This document shows positions 23,558 through 33,878 of a stretch of 33,878 nt of DNA, piece after piece (the stretch's first letter is position 1; each line of letters starts with the position of its first letter). The stretch comes from Catajapyx aquilonaris (Eukaryota). The stretch spans positions 1 through 33,878 of the forward strand of contig JYFJ02004212.1 in assembly GCA_000934665.2 (NCBI GenBank), read 5' to 3'. The position numbers and the translations under genes were made by a program. The notes below the pieces were generated by a model, which worked only from the letters and a program-made list of their open reading frames with translations, was not told the DNA's origin and did no database searches.

Positions 23558-26500
23558 TCACATATATAATGTTTTCTTCATCCATTCTTGTAGTGCTATT
23601 GGTTGCGCATTTCTTTTGTTGTCTTCAGAACCCAACATTTCTGAAAAATGGCAATCATTAATTAAGTAAACAGTCCATAACATTTGAATAATTATGAATT
23701 TGCATGCTGGTATTATACAGTATGTTTCTTTACCCTTAATTGTCTTCAGCTTAATACAGCACATGATGAAGTCATCGTATGCGACTCTTCCTTCTTTGTC
23801 TCCATATCTCATCATGAGGGTGCTTAGAACATCATTAGATACATAAAACCCTGATGATTTTAATGCATCGCGCAGGTCATATGGATTTATGCGTCCAACA
23901 CAACCTCTGTCGTAGTACTTGAAAACTTTCTGAAATTTTTCCACAGCTTGTCACATGTTAGGAATGGGATTAATTTGACAACTTACTGTCCACATCCTGA
24001 GGTTGACACAAAGTTCCATAAACTCTTGTAATCCAAGTTTGCCAGACATGTCTACATCAAGCATAGTAATCATGGAACGGCAACTGTTCTTGTCAAAGCC
24101 TCCAAATGGAAATTCTGGAAGGAAACCTCCGTATGTATGAGGGAAGGAGAGGGGCTACAAAGACAAAAGACCATTAGGTATTGAACAGGGAGCAGGAGAT
24201 GCACAGTCATTGAGGAGTTATTGGAAAGTGGAAGCTGATAAGGGGGTGTCCCGAACAAACTCTTACTAGTAATAAGAGAATCCCTCCAAGAACTGCAGAT
24301 GACGTAAGTATTGGTACATGAGAAAATCCTGCAGAAATCAATGACGTGGAGACTATATGTGTCAGGTTTGGGTCACAATACCAACTATGCAACAATATCA
24401 ACCTCATGCATTAAATGAGGGGTGTGGTGGAAAAAGGTGATAGCCCCCATTTTTGTCATTTTGACCTAAACACCTAGCAACTATGTAAAAGACATGACAA
24501 ACAGACTGGAATAGTTCAAGTTCATGTATCATGCATGAGACGGCAACATGGACTAGATTAAAACCAGCATTTTCTATGATTTGTGAAGAGAGTGCAAACT
24601 TAAATTCGCTCTCCTGAAAAATTACACTTTTGTGGTTATAACCTTTTTCCACCACACCCTTCAAATATGAATTCAATAATTTAATATGCAATAATTCTGG
24701 TTGTATAGCATTACTTAAGCCTGCTTGCATGCTTTATGGTCCATAATGACTATTAATTTGGGTAAAAATATTTGAGACAACAAATAACAATTCTGATAAT
24801 TATCAACCACTTGCTTTGGATTTGTTATCAGGCATTACCAGGCAACCAACCTGCATTTGATCAAGTTTTATATCGAAGCAATAAGGCAGTTGACTAAGTA
24901 TGGATTGATTTTGGCAATTTAAGGTTTTGAATATTTTTTACCAACAATAAATAACAAGGAACAACAGCTATAGTTCTTCGTCAATCTGACAGAAGGACGA
25001 CTTCAACATTTTCCAGATTTTACAGGAGGGTCAAAAGAAACCTGCAAACCGCTATACAAATACATAGGATGACCTTTTTATTTGCCACTATAATTCTGAA
25101 GCCACTTGTCCCACGTGTTCCTCATTTTGTCAGAATGTGACCCAACACTTGATGGTGCTGGCAAAGGCCATAACTCTATTTTAGCAAAAATGTCAAATCC
25201 GTCCTTTTGTCAGATGAATGACTAGTTGTGGATTAACTATTGACCAGACAAGCCACCTTAGGCTGGGGTGTATAATGGCTGGTAAACTCCAAACAGTGGT
25301 TGAGCCTTGTTATCAATTGTTTAAAAATTGCTACCAACATTGAATAACATGAATCAACCACTTGTTCTGGATTTACTCTCAAACACGTACTCCAGCCTTA
25401 GAAAGTGAATAATCTGCTTGAGCCTATTTTTACGAATTACCTGTTTGATACTCACAGTCAGCAATTTATTAAAAGTTGGATTGGAAAATCTCATGTGATT
25501 GGACGGAGAAATAATTATGTAATGGATTTCAGCCACTCAATGTCATTATCATTGTTAGATCCCAATGTTACAAAGGACTGGATTGTGCATGCACAACAGA
25601 AGCAAGCAATATTCATCATGCAATACAAGTTAGAGTTGTCCATTTACATAGTGTTTTGTTCTTCATAAGTGTGATTACACATCAATGTATGCGCTACTGA
25701 TTACATGAATGGTTAAGACTTTAGGCATTATCAAGTTAAATAAAAGAAATCACTTACCAATATGTAGCACTGAAATAAAACAAATAGTCAGTCAATCAAC
25801 AGATCAAAATTGAGGTTTCATATGATTTATATAAGTTATTACGAAACATACTATTATCAGCAGCATAATTCAGAATGTGAAGCAAATCTTCCCAATCAAT
25901 TTCTCTGTGTGGACCAGCTGTTTTCAGGAAAACATTTTGAATGTGTACTTCATCTTCCAACTCTTCTGAACTTGGCTGAATATGAAATAACATTATATGC
26001 AGGCGCAGATTATTGTTAAATATACAGTAAAATATAATACTACAGTACTAATGTGCCTTGTTTGTCCAGGTTGAGTCATGACCTCAAACTCATACCCACC
26101 ACCACGTAGTGCCACTAATTCTCGCACGACACTGACAGTGGCAGCTAGGATTGTGGTGAGAAGGGGTAGTGGTACAGTTCTGGTCATATATCGAGGCAAC
26201 TGCCAGCGACATTTTCCGAAGCGGCAGAAGAAGGAATCGAAGATAAGCATACTTCAAGCATGGGCGAGCAAGAATCCTTCTTCTGCCGCTTTGGAAAATG
26301 TCGCTGGCAGTTGCCTCGATATATGACCAGAACTGTACTATGTGGATGGGTTGGTGGTTCTGGCTGACTTGAGATGATTACTCACCCTGGGCAAACAAAC
26401 ACACTGATTATTATCAGTTTTGTCAACATTTGGCGCAGGGTTCACTAGTAAGCATATGAATGACTCAACTGATCTTTTTCCCTCATGTGCAACGCTGAAT

Positions 26501-29500
26501 ATAGAAATTGTGTGTTTATGCATGAAGCTGAAAGTCAGAGTCTTCTTATAACCATTTTTTGGCAAAATTGACACAACTTTACCCAGTAGGCAGTAGACGT
26601 TGCATATACTGTACCTCCCTATTCACAATATTCTGCTTAAGCATGCGACGGGACAGGCCAGATTTTTATATTCATCACAGCAAAAAGCCGGGGAGGGGGA
26701 AGGGGGTCATAGTTGTGCATTATAGTAGGCTTATACATATTTAAAAAATACCTCAGAAATCATGATGTCAATTGCTATATTTTCCAAGTTTTGCCTGGAA
26801 AAAAATTGAGCGTTATAATAGTGGAAACTTGAAATAAGCAAATTGTAGTTACGTCAAGTCCGCTACTTTCTCGGTGCAAATTCGGAAGATAAACTTTCCT
26901 TCTTGATTGGGCTTCTCTGTGGCAGCAATAAGGCAATAAGAGCCAGGCAATAAATCGTATCGACCACTAACTTCTCGATAGTTGCTAAAGCCGGATTTAA
27001 ATAGCAAATCATTCATCTGGACATAATCAAAATCCAAAGGATCAGGTACACTTTCCGGCTTGTCTAACTGGAAAAGTGTTCAGAATAAGTTGCTATATAA
27101 TCAATATGAATTACATGGGTGTTATAATCAGGGTTGTGAACCAAACCGAACCCTTGCTCCGTGAACCTGATAACAGCGGAGCCACTCCGGAGCAGTAGAG
27201 CCAGGTCCGGAGCGAGCATCAGAGCTTGGTTCGGGTTCGACCCGGGTCAGGGGGAGAGTGGAGCCAAGGTCGGAGACGGTCCGGAGTTTGGTTGGGTGCT
27301 TGCCAGCTTGCTCCGGAGTTTGGTTCGGGCCAATGTCTCCGGAGCTGAACCAGGTTCCGGAGGGAGGTTCGGAGCGGTTCAGAGCTTGGTTAGGTCCAAC
27401 ATACCAACGCAACGGGGGGAAAGGCAGAAAAACTGCTGAATTTACTCCAGCGTGTGCGTCATGTTTTCATGGTGCCAGAATGACATTTCCAATCACCTGC
27501 GATACAGGGTGTACCGCAAATGCCACATTTTTATGTCATATGCATTTTTGTACGTTACAATGTCACACACATTTTTTGGATGTCACATTTTCATGACATA
27601 CACATTGTTGGTATGTCACAATATGTCATACGCATTTGTTGTATGTGACATTTTCATGTCATATGTATTTGTTGTATGTGACATTTTGTCATACGCATTT
27701 TTTGTATGTTATACAATATGATATTGTAACATACAAAAAATGCGTATGACATAAATATGTGGCATACAACAAATGCGTATGACATGAAAATGTGACATTT
27801 GTGGTAGCGTACACCCTGTATCGCAGGGGATTGGAATGTCATTCTGGCACCATGAAAACATGATGCATGCGCTGGAGTAAATCCAGCGATTTTTCTGCCT
27901 TTCCCCCCGTTGCGTTGGTATGTTGGACCTAACCAAGCTCTGAACCGCTCCAAACCTCCCTCCGGAACTGGGTTCAGCTCAGGAGACGTTGGCCCGAACC
28001 AAACGCCGGACCAAGCTGGCAAGCAGCGCAAGCTCCCAACCAAACTCCGGACCCGCTCTGACCTTGGCTCCACTATCCCCCCGAACTGGCTTGAACTCGA
28101 ACCAAGCTCCGACGCTCACTCCGGACCCGGCTCTACTACTCCAGAGTGGCTCCGCTGTTATCAGGTTCACGGAGCAAGGGTTCGGTTCGGTTCACAACCC
28201 TGGTTATAATTATCCAAGATGAACTCCCTAGCACCAAAGAATCATCTCCTGTAGATGCATTATTTCAAGTTTTAGGATGGAATTCTAATTTACACTGCAA
28301 TTTTAATAGGCTGAGTCTATCAGTGAGGCGATGGAAGTGTTGTAAGGCTGTATCAGTGGTATAAGAAATGGTATAACTCACTGAGAATGCAATTATCTCG
28401 GTAACGAGGCCCTTCTATACGTTCATTGATTCTTGAATGCCTCGAGTTCACTCTTGAAATTTGCTCGAATAATTGTTATAAACATCATGTATAGCCCAAC
28501 TCTTGAACTGTACATTACCTTGTACACATAATAGCCGATCGAAAGCCCTCCAGGTTTGTAGTGTCTTGACCGCTTTTGCATGAGAGCTATGATGGCACAG
28601 CACTTTCCATCATTGTCCTGTTCAACCTCCTTAATAGTCAGCAAAAATCGTGGATTGTGCTTGAAAGTGTCTGTCAATGTCCAATTATCCATTGATCAAA
28701 ATACCATTTTTTGTTGTGAGTTAAAAGGAACTAATGCTAAGTTTTGGTAAACAACTGACAGTCTACTACAGTCATGTTGTAAGTTATGTTCAACTTACAT
28801 TAGAGGTATATTTGGTGTGTGTGGGGGGGGGGGGATACACCAATGTTCATAAATCTATAAAATCTAGAAATTCTGCTACATTGTTGGATGGACCTTTCAG
28901 AATATAACAAGATTGCAATATAAGTAACTATTTGTGATGTTTTTGTACAAATTTTCCCCCACTAGTTTAATACTGCGGTCTGTCAACATTGTCCTTAAAA
29001 GTCTGGATTTGGATGCCACAGTGAGTTAATCGCTTGAGCCCGAAAAGGCAGAATTTTCATTATGATTTATTTTCAGGACTAGGACAAGAACTTTGGATTT
29101 AATTCTTTGGTCTTTCAATGTCCACTGCAGGACAGGTGCCCCCCTGCTTTAACTACTATTCTGATCCTAAAAGGAGCTATTTTGGCAATATTTGTATCTT
29201 ATTTTCCAAAACGGAAGCAAAAAAAACTATTGGAACTTTTCCCTTATTGTAATTCCGACCTCCTAATTGCTGCTTATATGGTGTGTAAGAACAAGATTAA
29301 CGCCAATGTTTCATGGCAAGGTAACATATTAGCTATTTCAGTTATGTGCAAAATAAACTACCGGTACATCTGGGATCTGGGTGTTCGATTTCAAAAGGGT
29401 GTCCATATTACTCACGTGCATGAATTATGCTTCCACCAGCAGTTGATCCTTTGACCCAAGAGCCTTCACGAAACTCCAACGCCCACTTCTTTTGAAAAGG

Positions 29501-31349
29501 GTCCTCGGTGTTTTCTAGTCTCAAATGGCATATCTCCACACTCTTGAAGTGTTTTAGAAAGTCTTGGTAAGATATCCAAAACTCACCGTCATCTTTATCT
29601 TCCCAACCAAAGGCATCCTTTTCTTTTTGAGGCATATGTGTCCACTCCGCAGAACTACGGGAAAGAAAGAAAAAAACCATAAGCATTATTATATAATTCA
29701 CACATGATACGTAGAAGAGAGTTTGGAATAACCTGGAACTCTCTGGAATACTGCAGTTTATTGGTCGCATGCACAGTAGGCTGCAGCTCATTGTTTTTTA
29801 AATGCACAGTGTCTTTTCAAGCTCCCCTTTCCATTGTATTATGTAGGCTTTCTGCAGTTTAGCCTGTTCACTTACGAGTCACTCCAAGCTCCTTTCCATT
29901 CTTGACAACCCCATGGATTCCTCAGGCGCAACAGAGGTACATTGTCGGATGGACCTGTCCTCAGGTGCTTGATTCCAGTAATGCTGTATACGTGTCCATA
30001 TACTAATCCTTCTGGAGACTTCTTCGTAATGTTATCAGGTGAGGGCTATGGATGCAAAGAAAAGTTATAACTATAGTTTTATGAGAATGTTTTGTAATGG
30101 TAAAAACGCAATTATTTTTTGCTAGCTTACCGGAGTGGTACAGCCCATTAAAGATGATCTTTCATATGCTTTCAAAAGAACTGTATAGAGTTTAGGAGAG
30201 GCGTTGTTCAGGTGGTACACTTCACACACTCCCCCGCTAAAATCTTCCATGGCTTCGGAGCAATTTCCGCCTTTTAAAGCTGCATATGCTCCACCAATAC
30301 ATCTAACAAGAAATGATATCAACAAAGGAGGAGGTCTGCGGGGTTAGTAAAGCACGAAAAATGATTTTTGAATACAAAGGACATTGTGATTGACTATTAG
30401 GTTTTTAACGGTAAGTTTGCATAACTTCGGGAAGAAATGCTCAAATTACGTGAAATTAATTTGAACGTTAAAATAATTATGTTATTAATTGTTACGAAGT
30501 AGCATTGCAAAAAGGGTAAGGTAATACTTTGCATAAGCCTTCTCCAGCAAGGAACTCCAGAATTCGTTCGGTTGCGAAGATTTCATTGATTGAATCACAC
30601 CATTCTTTGTGGGTAAGCGATCGTCAATAATCACCTCTTTCCATCGACCATACTGCCAAAACCTTTAAAAAAAAGCTCGTAGTAATGAAACTCTGTAACC
30701 TATAACCAAGAGTGCTATAACGTGTTCTTAACGTATCATTAACATGTCCTAACCTAAAGTGAAAGATCCCCGCGTATTTTTCTGTAAAGCCCTGATCTTC
30801 GGGAATGACCTGTTTCAACAGCTCCTTGTTCATAGTCAATGATGAAATTGCGGAGAGCATCCAGCAGTCACCTAAACCCACATAAAATAAAGAGAATGTT
30901 GTTTACATATTAATAATAATTAGCTACGTAATAAACTCATAATACTGTCTCAGCACCGATTTGTCCTTGTCGAACATCAAACCGTGACGCTCCATCCACA
31001 AACATATGGGGATCCTTGATGATTTCCTAGAATGTTTATTAAATTACTAAATACCTTTTTTTAGAAGAGAAAAAACACTGGGACACTATTGTTTCTTACA
31101 AAGGGACGCTTCCACTCCACAGGACCTGTAATGTACGGCTGCAATGATGATATATCCATTTCAAAGTTAGGGTCTTCGAAGAGCTTCCCGTTTTGTAGAC
31201 AATTCTGCTTCATTTGTTCAAATGACTGCGCAAATATTGCATAAATGGTTTGAGAATTAGGTCTGGATGAAAACCTTTAACAGCGAATAGTTAATTCTTA
31301 CCGGTTTTGCACCTTCCCTCCACCTGCCGGATACCTGATTGTTTGCCAT
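23558..31349 (-). CDS. Classical calpain (CysPc-C2L-PEF; calpain A/B-like), ~672-710 aa. Exons 31349-31302, 31225-31100, 31026-30957, 30871-30754, 30662-30528, 30302-30131, 30045-29876, 29654-29416, 28670-28519, 27067-26853, 26794-26752, 25975-25852, [25769-25758], [24328-24267], 24154(or 24114)-23987, 23929-23734, 23640-23558
   Basis: All junctions are GT-AG and phase-consistent; LFEDPNF, WKRP, catalytic [38 protein letters not shown], and EF-hand motifs [10 protein letters not shown] and YDDFIMC. Confidence 0.95.
26175..26335. mobile_element. 161-bp hairpin MITE in a calpain intron, TA-flanked
   Basis: ~60-bp near-perfect arms CAGTTCTGGTCATATATCGAGGCAACTGCCAGCGACATTTTCC. Confidence 0.85.
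27129..28202. mobile_element. 1074-bp hAT-type foldback MITE in a calpain intron with an intact 8-bp TSD
   Basis: GTTATAAT|CAGGGTTGTGAACC...GGTTCACAACCCTG|GTTATAAT; ~400-bp inverted arms around a TGTCATA/TGTGACA-rich centre. Confidence 0.92.
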
Positions 31350-32099
31350 CGTTGGACAATAAATCGTAAAACACTGCTCTGTGTTGAGGATTTGCTAAGT
31401 GGGTCTTCTGGTATTGAAGCCTCGACGCATAAATGCAAAATTTAAAAATTATGCATACTGTACCTATAGACCAGCTTGTATCGTGGCCTACTTCCGTTGT
31501 GATAAAACTAACATCCCGAAATGGTGGAATAACAGTAGAGCGATAAGGATTATTACGCATTAATAGTCATTAGTCATAACTTTAAGGGTATATAACTATC
31601 TAATCAAATGTACCTCTTTAAATATATGACAACTGTCATATTCTATGCAATATTGACATGCATTCATTGCATGCGACATAATGTGATTATTTTGATAATT
31701 TTCAAATCAGAGCCTACAGCGGAAGTGTGAACCTGTCGATTGTGTCTCACTTGTCAGAAGGCTTTATTTTTTACGGTACAAGCAAGGACAACTGATTTTT
31801 TAATCGCTAAAATTCTGTGACCAAGCGGATATTGATAAAGTGATGAATTGTATTCATGTAACAATCACGTAACTGTACGAAGCATCAATAGTCATGTAAG
31901 GGATATACCTATACAGTAGGCTATGGTTTGTAACGGGGCAATAAATAAAATAAATCATTATGTAAGTGATACAGTATACGTAAATGAGATTTTGTGCATT
32001 GTGATATTCTTATCACGTTATATATTACATAAGATGGAGGGAGGCGGAGTGGCGCTGCGGACTGCGGTAACATAGACCTGTGAATCTACTCAGATCTGA

Positions 32100-32510
32100 A
32101 ACAAGATTGGCAAATCACCTGAGCATGATTATAGTAGACTTTTTCTTATGGCGGCCGAGGACGCGCATCGCAAACATGTCCAATGTCAGGAATTAATTGC
32201 ACAGCCCCTGTGCTAGAGCGACAGGTAAAAACCGTGGCTAATTCTGCGATACACATGATCAGGAATCCAGGGAAACTAATTTCGAAATCCGCCCGTAAAG
32301 TAGACTTGTGCGGATAGATGAACCCGGAAAACCGGAAGTGGCGGGTCACCGGAAGTTGACCATGACACCTATTTAGGTCACGCTTAATCCGAATATGAAA
32401 ACCATTTGCCACTATCTTTTGCGGTTTAGGACCTGATACCTGTCAACAGACGGAGAGACAGATGGACAGACAAACATTCCATAATACTTTTAGTTTCGAT
32501 GATGAGAAAA
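32100..32510 (+). mobile_element. Possible Helentron-associated (HINE/DINE-like) short interspersed element
   Basis: Starts AACAAGA, has CCGGAAGT repeats and a degenerate (GACA)n tract near the 3' end; judged on architecture only. Confidence 0.35.
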
Positions 32511-32684
32511 AGTCTAAAAGGAAACACTGTACAGTATCAGAATCTCCACGCCTATCTTTGATAAATGTCACATATGAGCTCACGCTTTCCTATCTGATCG
32601 ATTGTGATTAGTCACAATGTCAAGGAGGTCCCCCGAAGCCTTCGTCTCATTCCACTTGAGCCTAGAAGTTTACCGAAGCTCAAC

Positions 32685-33878
32685 ATGTCCTTCCAGTATA
32701 ACGTAACTTTTAAAAATGGACAGAAAATGCCCTTGATTGGCTACGGCACGTGGTCGGTAAGTAAAAACGCTCTTGTCCAAAAATGTAGTGTTATACGTAA
32801 AACTCTAATATTTATTGCGAATGATTATTTTCATACAAGCCAACAGAAGGATGTCCTATTGAAGGATGCGTAGATCAGGCTCTTCAGGCCGGTTATAGAC
32901 ACATCGACACTGCATATGTCTATCGCAATGAAGATGGGATCGGAACTGCTATGAAAAAATGGTTCGACTCGGGGAAACTAAAGAGAGAGGACGTCTTTGT
33001 AACTACTAAGGTAGTCTCGTTTTGACCTTTAATCAACGAGGATTATTATGTTTTGTGAATTTAATGTGCTTATACATTGTACTGCACAGCTCCCTATGAT
33101 TGGTATGCGACCAGACTTAGTCCCCCACTTCCTAAAGCTGTCTCTGAAAAAACTGGAGCTGGATTACGTCGACCTGTATCTGGTACACGCACCTGTAGGA
33201 TTAAAATACGAAAGCGACACAGATTATTTTCCTGTGGACGCAGAGGGTACGATCAAACTCGACGTGGACACAGACCTGGAGAAAGTATGGCAGGTAAGGT
33301 ACAACACAAACTTGGGGAAATTACTTGAGGAGGTGAGTTTTAAAATTAACGTCCCAAATACACGATTTTACCAATGATGACAAAAATGACCCCATCAACT
33401 TTTTTGATTTGTGATAAACCTGTAGCGATAATATTGCACACGATGAGATGCTCAGACACATTTTCACTTATCGTGCATTTATCCCAAGTGGGCCGCATTC
33501 AGATAAGGCACTGGGGCTGGATTTGCCTTTTAACAAATGTTGAACCCTACGGAGAAAATAATATGCAACAAACATATTCTATTTTGCCAGAAACATGTTA
33601 AAGAGCGTGGTGTATAAATCGCGCATAGGAGGACCGTAGAGTGGTTAACAGGTGGTCAGTATGTAGGATAAATGTTTCTTTCATTCATACACTCTCGTTC
33701 ATTTTCCGGATATTAAAAATGGATAACGTTTAACACTTTAACACAGCCCTGTACTGATTTAAAAAATATAATAAGTGTTTAGATCAAATAAAGTGGATAA
33801 TAGACGAGAATTACGTCAGATTAATAATGCAACAACTGAATATTTAAATATGTTTTACAGGCTATGGAAGCGCAGGTG
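32685..33878 (+). CDS. Aldo-keto reductase (AKR1-like), 5' part; exons 32685-32756, 32840-33010, 33090-33293 and 33861-end
   Basis: NGQKMPLIGYGTW, GYRHIDTAYVYRNE, KREDVFVTTKLP, SLKKLELDYVDLYLVHAP, WQAMEAQV; catalytic D/Y/K/H present; phase-0 GT-AG introns. Confidence 0.95.

Noticed and set aside
25358..25396. Additional calpain cassette exon
   Set aside because: Weak donor (GTTGAT) and no motif support
27128..28222. Several 60-139-aa ORFs on both strands
   Set aside because: They are mirror translations of the GC-rich hAT foldback arms with no protein motifs

Overview
Intron-rich, AT-rich eukaryotic (invertebrate, most likely arthropod/crustacean) genomic DNA with short N-gaps; most six-frame ORFs are noise. 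Spliced genes I reconstructed by hand: (1) two tandem minus-strand paralogues (2789-3052 and 5015-5782) resembling the N-terminal half of l(2)efl/alpha-crystallin-type small heat-shock proteins but ending just after the first core strand, plus a possible third degenerate copy at 814-1413; (2) a two-exon secreted Cys/Gly/Asn/Tyr-rich protein with a split, six-cysteine WAP-like domain (8941-10083); (3) a three-exon orphan gene (19666-20426); (4) a complete ~17-exon classical calpain on the minus strand (31349-23558), with a candidate 12-nt microexon and a hydrophobic cassette in the PEF domain; (5) the 5' part of an aldo-keto reductase (32685 to window end). Intergenic and intronic space is packed with non-autonomous DNA transposons (hAT, piggyBac, Tc1/mariner/pogo, Harbinger, EnSpm-like), often nested or foldback, plus an inverted pair of mariner transposase relics. 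Family assignments come from motif recognition, not database searches.
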